DNA of 64,000 bases from the human T2T-CHM13v2.0 reference genome, Homo sapiens: the NCBI RefSeq assembly GCF_009914755.1, contig NC_060946.1. One strand, 5' to 3'. Below the pieces are notes generated by a model. It had not been told where the DNA came from, ran no database searches, and saw only the letters and a list, made by a program, of their open reading frames with translations. Made by a program: the position numbers and the translations under genes. Shown here one piece after another: positions 13,080 through 26,632 of this stretch. Numbering within the stretch: position 1 is the first letter of the stretch; every line of letters begins with the position of its first letter.

Positions 13080-13409
13080 TGAGCCCTCCACAGGGCTCTG
13101 GCCAAGGTCTGGACTGATTATTGACAAATTAAAAATATAAGCTATTGACCAGATGCCGGGATGGAGTCCCAGAGCTGCAGACCTGAATCTCAATGAGGCA
13201 GCTGAGCGTGAAGATCGATTCTGCAGGTGGAGGAGGAGGCGGACAAATTGCCCCATGCATAATGCAGAATCTGATGTTCTGGTTAATAACTGCCTGGTGG
13301 GGAACAGACAGGGGGTGGCCTGCCTGAGTCAGCTCTCTCACCATCCAGGAAGGCTCCCACCTTTTACACTCCAGATCCAGCCCTCAACAGTCCCATTGGA
13401 GAAGGAATC

Positions 13410-13700
13410 GCTAACTCCATTTTATGGACAAGCACATTTAGAGACCCACAGGTATTGTCCAAGGCTGAAAGCCACTAAGTGTGAGGGCTGGGATTTGAAC
13501 CCAGGTCCTCCTAACTACAAAGCCTGGTGCTTAGAGGCTCAAGCAAACTATGGTTTCAATCCCAGCTCCATCTCTTCTATCTCCATCTTTTCTGTGTGAC
13601 TTTGGGAAAATCACCATACCTCTCTGAACCTCAGCTTCCTTCCTCTCTTTAAAAAGGTGGATAATAAAATCTACTTTAAAAGACTGTTGTAGGGATGAAA
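13410..13700. mobile_element. Two opposed MIR fragments
   Basis: Minus core 'ccattttatgga...ggatttgaacccagg' followed by plus core 'tgtgtgactttggg...ctctctgaacctcag'. Confidence 0.65.
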
Positions 13701-13724
13701 GAGAAGGCTAGGCGTGGTGCTTTC

Positions 13725-14221
13725 TGTGTTGGACATCTTCTGTGTGCCCCTCTCAATCCTCTTTCTTCTCCCCCACCCCACTGCTATTGGATTCAGGCAG
13801 CTGACTGTGGGCCATTTCAGCGGTGTCCCTTGCTCTCTGGCTTCCAGTATGGCTCAGCCAATGGGAGGTGATGTCAGGAAATTGGAGGGTGGGAGGAGTG
13901 AGGTTGGGATATTTCTTCCCTCTGTTCCCTCCCTGCCTGGCTCTGGGTCAGCTGTGGCTAGGTTGCTCTACCCAGTGTTTCTCACAGAGGCAGCCACAGC
14001 TGCCTCCAGCATCCAGTATCACTCACCTCCTCCGGCACCCTTCAGCCTAGGGCTGGAAGGGCTCCCTGCTACTCCTCCCTGCAAAGGTGCTGCATCGTCC
14101 CTATTGCTCTTTCTGTCTTCCCCCAATGCTGTCATTAATATCCTATTGTTAAACTCTCCTCGGTTATCCCACCGAATATACCATCTCTTGTCTAATGTTC
14201 CACTTTGTAAACTGTGGTACA
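13725..14221 (+). mobile_element. LTR33 (ERVL) solo LTR
   Basis: Starts 'tgtgttggacat', contains 'cttgctctctggcttcc...gccaatgggagg' and 'ttaaactctcct'; accounts for the 175-aa ORF. Confidence 0.75.
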
Positions 14222-14687
14222 GAGGCAAAAAGCTATACTAAAAATCATTGCCATCTGTGTTGCTCTCGTCAATTAGTGTCTCTCTCTGTCATTCATCCAT
14301 CCATCTCCCTCTAACATCCCTCAGTGAGCACTCATCCCACTAAATCTAAACATACCAGTTTATACAGGGGCTGCCTCTACTGGGCGGTGACCTCCTCGAG
14401 GGCAGAGCATGAGGTTATGCAACACTGCTTCTCCATGTACAACACCTTCACGGGGCCATGGACCAAAGAAGGGCTCAGGGAGTGTTTGGCAAATAAATAA
14501 ATGAGTCGTAGATGACTTTTTGAGGCCACACAGTGAAATTCTGACATGGAACTAGAATTCAGGTCTCCCAGCTCTCAGAACAAGGATCTGAAAATGTCTG
14601 CTGGACGAATAAGTGAACAAAATACGGATAGATGAATGGCACCCCCAGAGACAACAGATGAAAAGTACTTCTTCCTTATCCCTGCCT

Positions 14688-14916
14688 CACTGGTGCTCAA
14701 CTGGGGGTGATTTTTGCTCTCCCTACCCCGTGAGGAGACATTTTGGCAACTTCTTGAGATATTTTTGGTTGTTTGATATTTGGTGGGGGGTATGCTACTG
14801 GCATCTGGTGGCCCTACCGTCCAGGGGTGCTATGAAACATCCTACAGCCCCCAGAGCAGAGAATTATTTGCCCCAGAGTGTCCAGTCACCGAGATTGCAG
14901 AGGCTGGGAAATGCTG
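14688..14916 (+). mobile_element. MER20 DNA transposon
   Basis: 'tgctcaactgggggtgatttttgc...gacattttggcaa...tgctactggcatct...gaattatttgcccc'. Confidence 0.8.
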
Positions 14917-15009
14917 CCTTACCAATACACACCTTCTGAGGCACCTGCCAACACAAATGGCCCCAAACTGAGGGAGGCTTTTCTAATTTTACTGAATTGA
15001 CTGGAAACT

Positions 15010-16050
15010 TTCTCTTATTATAAAAATGTGTTTATAATAAAAAATGTAAAAAAATACACAAAAATAGAAGGAAGAAAATGAAACATGGTCACCAATTCCC
15101 CAACCTACTGTTAATTTTATGGTGAATATCCTTCTACTAATATTTCCGAATTGATGTAGCCCCATCCAGACACATGCTCACACACATATCAAAGTCATTT
15201 TAAAAATACAGTTTCCTGTGTATTTTCACCGTATTATATCTTAATCACTAGTCTTTCACAAGTTTTCTAAATGGCCATACAGAATTCCATCTTATGTACC
15301 ATCCGTAACAACCTATGAATATGTAAGACGATTCCAACCTCTGTGTCTACGATCTTCTCTGAAGATGAGTTCCTGGACATCGGATCACTGGGTCAGAAAC
15401 CACAAATTTCTAAGGTACACGATGGGCAGCCAGATACCTTCCAGAAAAATGACTCTTCCTCCTGCCATGGTCAAGGGATCTATCTTGACTTCCTCTTGCC
15501 AACATGAAATAAACGCATTAAAAATGTGTTCCAAACCCACCATTTCCTCCTAGTGAAATTGGCTATGTGCATGTTTTTCATCTGTTCATTTAGTCATTTG
15601 CATTTCTTCTTCTGGGAGCTGTCCATTTCTGTTGACTCTTTTCCTCCAAGGGTTTTAATGTTTTCTATTAGATATGCAAGAGCTTTGTAAAAAAATATTG
15701 AGGGCACTAAGCATTTGTTTATCACAAGCGTTGCAAATATTTTTCATCAGTTCACCAGTTGGATTTTCATTTCATTTATGATGGCTTTAGTCATACCAAT
15801 TTTTTTCCAGTTTAATTTCAGGTACACAAATCTATCCAATTTTCCCCTTCTTTGTGATTCATTTCTTTATTTTTCTTTTTAAGAAATGCCTTCCTCTCCC
15901 TGGTACCATTAACTCCCCATTTTTGTCTGCAAATTTTTTATTAAATTTTACATTTGACTCTGAGTTTACAAAATCCATCTGGAATTTATTTGGTTGAATA
16001 AAGTGAGAATCTATGTTGATCTCCTTCCTTACTTTCCCCCACAAAGCCCA
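15010..16050 (-). mobile_element. Old L1M (L1ME-like) fragments
   Basis: AT-rich degenerate antisense L1 ('ttgcaaatattttt', 'tccatctggaatttattt'). Confidence 0.55.
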
Positions 16051-16719
16051 ATATTCCCAGGGGAGGATTTGCAACGTGACATCTAGTACACTCACCCCAC
16101 CTGCGCCAGCCTGGGAGAAGTAGCAGGGCTGGACTCTCCAGCTATCACAGCATAGCCAGAGCTCTGCTGTGGGAGCTGCATCCCAGACCGCTCCTTGGTT
16201 ATCTCAGAGGCTGGGATGGGCCCAGCACCATTGGAGCCCAGAAAATGAGGGATATGCTGGCCTCCCTTCTGCAGGGGATTCTGAGACTACCTTATAGCAG
16301 TTAGGCCCTCCAAATGCCTAGCGTTGCCTGACATGTAGGTCTGCTGCAACCTGCCTGAATCTATTTACTTTATGTTTTGCCTTTGAAGTTAATTCAAATT
16401 GGAAGCAGAAGCCACCATGGTCAGATGCCTCCTGTGTTTGCTGTAAAAACTGCCCTGACCACGTTCTTTATTATAGTGTCCTGTGTCCCCAGGGTGAGGG
16501 GTGTCGGAGCAGCCTGGTGGATAGAGGGGGACCAGGCTGGGCCTGGGTGTCAGGCAGACTCCACTGACCCCTAAAATCTCTGCTGCATGACATTAAGCAA
16601 GGCTCTCTCTCTACCTCACTAAGTGCTGCATATTTCCTATGTTAAATGGGATCTGCCCTGTTTACCCATACGAAGTTAACACATGCGGATTGCTTTCCAC
16701 TGTGATCAAAACACAATGG

Positions 16720-17089
<370 letters not shown>

Positions 17090-17244
17090 CTACAAAAATT
17101 ATGCAACTATTTTCCACTTTCAAAGCAAGAACATTCCTATCTCACCCAGGAGTTTGGTTTGCTTCTGTTTATGAGCTGGGGAGAATTACATAACTATCCA
17201 GGCTCTATTTTCTGTGTTGGCTTCCAGGAAAGTGTTACCTAAGG

Positions 17245-17470
17245 AGGCAGTGGGTGAAGAGGTTAAGAGTATGGGCTCTGAATGTAGAGTCCCTGGGCTT
17301 ACCTCTGCTAGCAGTGCTCCCTGGCTGAGGCATCTTTTCCGGCCTAGCCTCTTCAAGCCTCAGTTTTTCTCATCTGAAAGTTAGAAACTAGACACTCTCC
17401 TTCTGAAAGTTTCAAGGATTAAACAAGATAGTCCATTTGAAAAATGCTTATCCCGTTGGCTGCCAGATAG
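17245..17470 (+). mobile_element. MIR
   Basis: 'ggttaagagtatgggctctg...gcctcagtttttctcatctg'. Confidence 0.75.
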
Positions 17471-18159
17471 AAAGCCCCCCTATTCCATTTCACAGAGCTT
17501 CAAAATTTCCATTCATTTATTCATTCATTTATTATTTTTCACCTCTGTATTTCCCAACACCTGGTACATAGTAGGGGCTCAACTGAATAATTCTTAAATA
17601 AATGAATTTGTAGAGCATTATCGTGAGTCAAGTTCTAGGCTAGTCACCACAGATACTCCGAGCTCAGGATCTAGCAGGAAAGACAGACACAAAACAACAA
17701 AACAAAACAAAGCAAAACAAAACATTTTAGGGTTGTTACTGTCACAAAAGAGACATGCCTAACATTTGAAAGGATTGTAAGGGCGGTATTGGTCCCATCT
17801 GAGCTAGCAGGAGCAGGTGATGCCTCAGATGGATTCTGAATCCAGGTAGGAGTTTGCTGGGTGGAGACACATGTTCTCAGCACATACATGAGCTCCCATA
17901 GTTCTGAGCCTTATCAACCTTGAGTAGTGTCTTCCCATTTTATAGCCAGGAAGCCTGAAGTCCAGGGAGGTTACAAGACTCTTCCTTGGTCACACAGATA
18001 AAAATGATGAAGACTAAGCTCAGTTGTTGAGCTTTTAGAGCCAATGTCTTATTCTAGAGCTACCTTAGACCTTATGTAGATGCCAAGGTTAGGGTGGGAG
18101 GGTTTTAAATGACAAATGTAGGAAACGTTCCTCAGACCCTGCAGTCATTTTCCCCAGAT

Positions 18160-19490
18160 TATCCTGTCTTCCTTCTCTCTGTTATCACAGTCTGTGATTG
18201 GACCATTTACACAAATGCCTTTAAATCCTTTGAGAATCTAGCCTCCAAGTACTGTTCATTCTCCCTCCTAGAGAGCCCTTGGATCTGTACATCTCTCTGT
18301 CAGTCATCTCAAGCCAAGTTGCTACTGAGGCCCCCTCATTGGGTCTCCCAGCTTCTACTCCTTCCCATCTATGATCAACATCACAGCCAGAAACATTATT
18401 TCAAATCACATATATGATCACATTAGGTCCCTAACACCCTCCATGGCTCCCACTGTCCCTGGGATGAAGTCAAAACTCCTTGGCATGGTCCACAAGGTCC
18501 TGCATGACCTGACTCCTGCTGACCTCTCCAGCTTCATCTCTGGAAATCTTCCCCTTCTTACCCCCACTTCCTTGAGCTGCATCATTCTTTCCATTTCCAA
18601 AAGATGTACTGCTGATTCTTGCCTCTGGGCCTTAGCATGTGTGATTCCCTCTGCATCCTCCCCTTCCTCATGATCACCTAACTAACTTCAGCTCTTCCTC
18701 CGTGGAGCTTCAGTTTAGGACTCACCAGAAGCCTTCTGGGGCTGCCATCAGGATGGTGCGTACTACATGGTAAGATAATTGTCTGCCTGCCCTAGCCCTG
18801 CATTTCTCAAAGTGTGCACCATGGAACATCTATATCAGCAGCACCAGGGAGCCCATTAAAATGCAGATTCCCAAACCCCACGCCAGGCCTCCTGCCTCAG
18901 CATCTCTTGAAAATGGATTCTTTACATTTTTAAAACAATTTTTTACCATGGACATTCTCAAACATACACAAAAGTAGAAAGGATAGTATAAAGCAACGTG
19001 TAGTCTAGTAGCAGCAACAGCAGAACCCTCTGGCATTGTTAGACCTGCAGCATCTGCCCCCAATCCCAGACCTGTTGGATGTGAGTATCTGGAGTAGCTT
19101 CCAGAAATCTGCATTTGACAAGCCCTGCAGGAGGTTCTGCTGCCCACTCAAGTTTGAGCTGCATGAACAACTCCCACAGCTCTCTACTCCTAGCCCGTCT
19201 TGTTCTAGCTACACCACTTCTCCCTCAATTTACTGCCTCTTGTCTTAATTTGGAGCCAATCTAGACACTGTGTCATTTCATCCTTGGATATTGCTGTATG
19301 CATCTCTAAGAGATATGGACTATTTAAAAAATACATTTTAAATTCTAACCACTATGTCATTATCCCCTTGGGTCATTCTAACGTGTGTCAAGTCTGAGAT
19401 GCTGCTGTGGATATTCTGTGTGTTCTGGGAGGGCAGGGGCCAGGGCAGTCCTCATCACCGTAAGCACTCGCCAATATCCTGCTGAATGTC
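18160..19490. mobile_element. Nested L2 / MER5A / L1MC / MER5A complex
   Basis: L2 18160-18797 and 19410-19490; MER5A 18799-18925 and 19365-19408; L1MC(-) 18926-19008 and 19163-19364; inner MER5A 19009-19162. Confidence 0.7.
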
Positions 19491-20004
19491 AGCAGTTTGA
19501 ATGGGAACGCGGACTGCACAAGGAGATTGGGGACGGGAATAGTTAAACTCTTCACAGGAGGAAGGAGCCAGACTTCACTGGCAAAAGGAATTTTTTTTTC
19601 TTTCTTTCTGCCTTTGCAGCCCCAAGCCTGGAGCTTGGTACTCTAGGGAAGGCACCAATCAGATTGTTGCCTGCATGTTGGAAAATATTTATGTCACCTA
19701 CCAAGCTGGGAGCATACTCAGCAGGCTTCCCGGGGCCTCCTGATAGACAAGGTCGCATCCCAGCAGCTGTGAGAAAGGAGGCGTGCCGGCCTGGCAGCTG
19801 TGCTGGGCGCCGGGAGGCTGCCAGCGAACGTGGCATCACACAGGAGAGGGAGATGCACTTCTGTGACCCCCCGCTCTCAGGCAGTGGGTGATGGGGCATC
19901 CCCGCTGCGTGAGACAGCTCCTGGGAGCACAGACCAGCTGGGGGCAGGGGGTGGGGGCCTGAGAAAGGACAAGCTAAGGGCACGGACAAGAGGATGGGGT
20001 AAGG

Positions 20005-20200
20005 ATGAGCCAGGCATTTACAAGGTGCTGGCACCATGCTAGGTGCTCTGCAAGTGTTATCTCTCAGTAAATCTTTGTCACATTCCTTGCCATGGTTAGG
20101 ATCATGCCCATTTTACAGATGAGGAAACTGAGGTTTTGAGAAAGTCCGTGAAAAATGGAGCTGGGACTCGATTTCTAATTTGTCTTTCTTAGATCCTGCA
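20005..20200 (-). mobile_element. MIR
   Basis: Perfect core 'cccattttacagatgaggaaactgagg'. Confidence 0.85.
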
Positions 20201-20264
20201 TACATCACAGATGTTTACCATTTGGCCATAACTCTGACACGAAAAAAAACAACACCAACAACAA

Positions 20265-20520
20265 TCTATCTATCTACTTATCTATCTACTTACTATCTGT
20301 CCATTCATCCACCCATCTATCCATTCAATCTGTCTATCTACCCCATTTGTCCATCTATTTATTTTCCATCCATCCAAATCTCTCTCCCTCCCTATCTACC
20401 CATCTCGTCATCCATTCTAATCTATCCATCTATCTATCTATGTATCTATCTATCTATCTATCTATCTATCTACCTATCTATTATCTATCTATCCATCCAT
20501 CTATCTATCAATTTATCAAG
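20265..20520. repeat. (TCTA)n/(TCCA)n compound microsatellite
   Basis: 'atctatctatctatgtatctatctatctatctatc'. Confidence 0.9.
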
Positions 20521-20699
20521 TTAAATTCGACAGTGAAATCTCATCCTACAGCATTGGAAAGACCTCTAATTTTGATCACAAGCAACAACAGCAAGACCTC
20601 AAAATCATGTATCTGAAAATATCAAGCTGGGACACCAATGACCAGCTTCATGGTCCTACCACTATCATCAGGATGCAAACTGCCACAGGCTGCCGTTCC

Positions 20700-20890
20700 C
20701 AGTGGTTAACAGTGTGGGCTCTGGAGCCAGACTTCCTGGGTGCAAATTCCACTTGGGCAAGTTACTTCTTCTCCCTGTGCCTCAGTTCCTCAACTATTAA
20801 ATTGAGATATTGATAGGCCTTCTAACATACGTTTTGAATATTAAATCAATGAATATTTGTAAGATGCTTAGGACAGTGCCTAGCACTGGG
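20700..20890 (+). mobile_element. MIR
   Basis: 'agtggttaacagtgtgggctctggagccagacttcctgggt...tgtgcctcagtt'. Confidence 0.8.
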
Positions 20891-20909
20891 TACTCTTATA
20901 TATAGCTGT

Positions 20910-21483
20910 TGTCCCAATTACTCTGGCTGTGTAAAAAAATGACTCCAAAATTCAGTGGTGTAAAGCAACCACAAGTTATTTATTATGCTCATGGAATCTG
21001 TGGGTTAGGAGTTCAGGCAGGCCACATGAAGCTGAACATGAAGTCTTTGCTTCATGTTCTCTAGGATTTCAACTGGAATTCTTGAAGTCTGGAAGCTGGA
21101 ATCTCTGAAATCTAATACACTCACATATTTGACATTTGTGGTGGTTTATAAGCTAAGACTTTATCTGGGACTAGAGCCCAGAATATCCACCCACATGTGG
21201 CTTCTCCATGGATCTTGGGCTTCCTCACAACATGGCAGTTGGTTTCAAGACTGAGCATCCCAAGACAAAGAAGGCCAGGTGGAAGCTCCATCTTTACAAC
21301 CTAGCCTCAGAAGTCACATAGTATCACTATTAATATAAATTTGTCAGAGCAGTCTACAAGCCCTCCCACGTTCAAGAAGAGGGGGAAAAGATTTTACTTC
21401 TTGATGGAATATGGTACGGCATTCGAATAAGGTAGGATTGGAAATATTGCTGTGACTGTTTAGGGAAATTTCATCTGCAGCAG
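20910..21483 (-). mobile_element. MLT1 (F/G/H-type) solo LTR
   Basis: 'ccaaaattcagtggtgtaaagcaacc...gggcttcctcacaacatggcag...acctagcctcagaagtcaca'. Confidence 0.8.
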
Positions 21484-22339
21484 CCATGATTGGCTATACT
21501 CAAGCTGCGAGCATTGGGAACTTGGGGAAGAGGGTCTCAGGGAACCCCTGTAGCCAGGATTACACCTCCCTGGGTTCACCCACAATTCTTCCTTCCAAGA
21601 TCTGGTCACCTCCCCAATATACTCAGGTACATTCCCCACCTTCCATCCCTCAACCTCATTTTGGTTTCCAGGTGCTCCAACTGCATTCCTCTTGCCCCAA
21701 AAGTGTGCTGTTTCCTTTCCCCTCTTGAGAACATCTAGGGCCATATTTTCAGGCAGGAAGACATTTAACAAAACACAGGAAGGGCCCCTGGCTTATGTCT
21801 GCACTTTTTCCTCTAGGCATGGAAGGACCATAGGCCTGGGTCCCAAATGGAAGAATGGGAAAATGTAGGAGAATCAACTCAGAGATATTTATGCTATGAA
21901 CGAGGCCCAGGCCCAACTCAGAGAGGCAAAGATTGCCTGCCCCCTGTGTCTCCTCTCTCCATGCCAAGGAAAGGCATGGGGCATAGATAGGCAGTAGAAG
22001 GGGAGCTGGAAGCCTTGACAGAGGCAGCAAAGAATTGAGAAACCCAGTCTAGCTTCAGCTGGCATCTAGGCAGTTGATGGGGCCAGATAGGATACCTTGG
22101 ATGTGAGCCACAAAAACACAACTGAAACAACTTAAATATGTTACCAGACCCAGGGAGACTTCTTCGAGGCTCTTAGCCCAAATGAAATTTTATAATCACC
22201 TGTATGGCTGTTTGGTTCAACTCTTAGTCCCCACAGCCCCCACCTAATCTGTGTTTCCAGGGACCTGGCATCCTGTGTTGGGAAAGACTGTGCCTTGTAC
22301 TAGGTGACAGACGTGACAGAACATGTTATTAGCTAATTA

Positions 22340-22850
22340 AATAATCCATTCAATAAATCAACCTCACTGAGTGCCAATTCCATGCCAGGCACTGTCCTAG
22401 GGCCCGGGGATGTGGCAGCAAATGAAACTGGCACAGCTCTTATCATCATGGAATTTGATTCTAGCAGAAGACAATGGACTACAAGATAAATAAATGTGTG
22501 CTATAATGTCAGAGGGCAGGGAGCTCTCTGAAAAAGTTAAAAGGGGGGAAAAGGATAAAGAGTGACAGGGGAGTTGCTAATTTACATCAAAAGTAATTAG
22601 AGAAGGCCTTGAGGAAGTGGTGAAATTTGAGCAGAGACCTAGCAAAAGAAGGGAGGAAGCCACGCGGGTGCAGGAGAAAGAGCATTTCTGGCAGAGGAGA
22701 CAGCAGGTGCAAAGGGCCTGAGGTAAGTCTGAGCAGCAGCAAAGTCAGGGTGATTGGAGTGGAGTAAGGTGGAAGAATAATGAGGGATAGGTGGAGGGCA
22801 GCTATGTGGGGCCCCGTAGGGCACAGTAAGGATGCTGGGAATTTCAGAAT
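22340..22850 (-). mobile_element. L2
   Basis: 'actgagtgcc...tgccaggcactgtcctagg...gagcatttctggcagaggagacagcaggtgcaaagggcctgagg'. Confidence 0.8.
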
Positions 22851-22869
22851 AAGTTGTGTACGTGATAAA

Positions 22870-23363
<494 letters not shown>

Positions 23364-24699
23364 TGATGCCCAGCTGCTCTCAGGAGCACAGGCTGAGCCT
23401 TAAATAATGCCTCCTCCTCAGGAAGAGCCGTTCTGGTGGCGCGGGCACCAAGAGGCGTTTGGGGCAGGCAGCCGTCACTAACAGATTCATTAAGCTCACT
23501 CCAGAGCAACGATAAAAAATCAATTTAGTTCACCAGGCAGCTTGAACAGGAGCCAGGAGCAGGGGAGCCCTCCCATCCGTGAGCTGGGGGCGTGCAAAGA
23601 GGTGCCGTGGAATCGGCGGGGGCCAGAGCATGGCAGTGCTCCATTGTCGAGGAACTCCCCCACCACCGCAGGGTTGCAAGAGCTCTGATGGGAAGGCCTG
23701 CCAGGGGAGGCGACGGGCGCAGGGTGGATGCCTCTGTAGCACCCCAGGCAGCTCTGCAGACACACCCGCCTCACTGGCACGCAGGCCATGATCTCTCTCC
23801 CCCACTGCCTTGACTCGTTAATTTATATTTTAACAATCCGCAAGAGCTGACTCTGCACGAGGCTGAAGGCGTAAGAGATGGAGGCGTGGGAGATCGCGGC
23901 ATGGTCTCTGCTCATGCAGTGCTCCAGTCTGGCTGGGGAGAAGATCTGGGCCCAGTGCAGAAAGGCAGGTGTAAGCAGAGGTTTGGAGAGGGGATAGAGG
24001 AGAACAGAGAGGGAGAGGGTGGTACTGGATGGAGTTCGGCAGAAGCAGGATATTGGCATCCATCAATGTCAAAGCAGAAAACAAGTGGGATGCAGCAGGA
24101 AATAACTCCAAAGGGGTCATTGAGGGAGAATGGGATGAGAGAAACAGCGATAAAAGGGTGGATGGGGGGACCCACAGAGATGGTGCACCTCAGTGTTAGC
24201 AACAGCACGGAGCTGCTAGCACCCTTAGGCCTGGACTGGAACCCACAGAGAGGCCTGGCTGCCAGAGAGGACCATCTGCCAGGGACATGGGCTCCAGTAG
24301 AGGCAGTCCTGCCAGCAACTTGGGATTGGCAGGGAAGAATGAGGACAACAGGTATCTTCGCCTGCCTTGCCTCTCCTATTTTGAGTCCCTTTGGGACCTG
24401 CATCAGGAAGCCAGGACTAAATGAGACAGGTGACGCGATCTGGAGAAGCTGCATTCACAGGGCACAGGGCTTAGGAGACAAGGGACAAGAAAAGGCTGGA
24501 GAACAGACAGCGAAGAGACAGGGCCACACTGTAGAACAGCCCTGATGAGGCAGTGGGGAGAGAAGTCACCTACTGAGCCCCATCAGGGGACTCGGGGGCT
24601 TCCTAAGAGTCCTGGCTGCAACTAGGATGGATGGGCTTGTGGCATCGTCCTGGGAGAGGCTGAATAAAGTGAATGGATGGGAGCAGCTGGGAGGTGGTA

Positions 24700-25130
24700 A
24701 GAGACGGACAGAGAGAGGCAGGGATGCAGGTGCAGAGTGGGAGACACACACACATAGAGGGACAGAGGGACGGTGTGAGGGGGTGGGAGAGAAACAGAAG
24801 GAAATGGAGACAAAGAGCCAGAGCAGGAAGAAGGTCCTGCAGAAACAGAAAGAGACAGGAAGACACAGAGAGGACAGGACAGGACACAGACTCAGAGAGA
24901 GGACATACAGGCAAAAAGGACGGGGGAAGAGAGAGGGGAGCAAAGAAAACAAATGGAAAAATGTTCCTGAAGGAGCAAGAAAGACAGAGACTAAGACAGA
25001 AACAGAGGAGGGAAGAGGAAAAAAGAGAAGAAAAAAGAAAGAGGAAGAAATGAGAGAAAATGATGGAGTCCAAGGTACAGAATTCAGACTTTGGGGGCAG
25101 AGAAGATGAAATAGAAAAATACAAACACAA
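24700..25130. repeat. GA-rich low-complexity tract
   Basis: Purine bias generates the 126-271 aa spurious ORFs. Confidence 0.8.
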
Positions 25131-25585
25131 CTGAGGAAATTCCTGGGAGCCCAGAAGGCCAGCTGGAGGCAGGGACAAGTCTGAGAAGTCCCTGCCAGCT
25201 CTCGGAGACTCATCAGTATCTGAATAGGATGCTTGGGCTTGGTCCCTGTGCTCAACATCTGCGTGCCCTTTGCGCATTTCCTTCGGGCTGGTGCTCAGTC
25301 TGCTCCTTTGCAAAGAGGAGATGGTATCAGGCTTCACTTTAAGGGCAGGTGGGTGGATGAGCCGAGTCTGTAAAGAGAAAGTTCTGGGCTCAGGATCACA
25401 CCACGCTCTCCAAAGCATGGCAGCTAAAAAGGTCTACAGAAAGACAGGAACACTCACGTCCGGGTGGGAAGTTGTAGAAATCAGGGTCCAGGAAGTATTT
25501 ACACGCAGTTTCCTATTTACCCAGTTCTTGGAGCTCGGAGGATACTTACCTAGCCAAGAAGAGGGTGACAACAGCACAGGCATGG

Positions 25586-26632
25586 ATACACACACACACC
25601 ACATAGCACACACACACACAGAGTACTGCACACACACATGCATATTCAATACACACACACCACACACACCTCACATACATGCACAACCAATACACACACA
25701 CCATGCATACATGCAAAACCAGTACACGCATACACCACACACATATATGCACGGCCAGTACACACCCCCCCATACATACATGCCCACAACATATTCATAG
25801 ATGACACACACATGCACACCTAATACATGCTGGCACCACACACACAACATACACATCATACATCACACATGGCTGCACTCAGCACACACACACCAAACAC
25901 ACAACATACACACACATCACACATGCATGCACTCAGCACACACACACCACATACACAACATACACACACATCACACATGCATGTATACTCAATACATATA
26001 CATATCACGCAACTCACACATAGTACACACATATCACACGTACATGCATATGCAACACACATCACATATATGTGCACAGCCAATGCATACACACCACACA
26101 CAACATACATACAGCACACACATACATGCACACTCAATACACACACCACACATTACACACAACGTACACACATCACACATGCATACACACTCAATGCACA
26201 TACACAATACATATACACTTCACACAGCTCACCCATAACACACATATTACACATATATGCATACTCAACACACACACCACATATATGTGCACATCCAAAG
26301 CACATGTGCCATATACACGACTTGCAGACATCACACACAAGACACACAACATACACACATCATGCATACATGCACACCTAATACACACACACACCACATA
26401 CCACACACAACCTACACACACATCACACATGCATGCACAGCTAAAACACACTCCACACACAACATATGCACACATCACACATGCATGCACACCCAATACA
26501 TGTGCACACTATGCAACTCACACAGAACACACACACACATACATGCACACCCAATACACACACACCACACATACATGTACACTCCACCTCCTGCACACAC
26601 ACACGCACACACTCACACACCCACACACACAC
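25586..26632. repeat. About 1 kb degenerate (CA)n tract with internal 54-bp periodicity
   Basis: 'cacacatgcatgcactcagcacacacacaccacatacacaacatacacacacat' units; 18-aa periodicity in ORF 25801. Confidence 0.9.

Noticed and set aside
13714-14241. 175-aa ORF
   Set aside because: Coincides with an LTR33 solo LTR; no protein similarity recognisable.
16411-16446. Perfect Kozak GCCACCATGG
   Set aside because: Opens only a 9-codon frame (MVRCLLCLL*) and there is no promoter or exon evidence.
24566-25418. Longest ORFs (230-271 aa, minus strand)
   Set aside because: They span a GA/CT low-complexity tract that lacks stop codons; the composition is S/L/F/P-biased with no domain.
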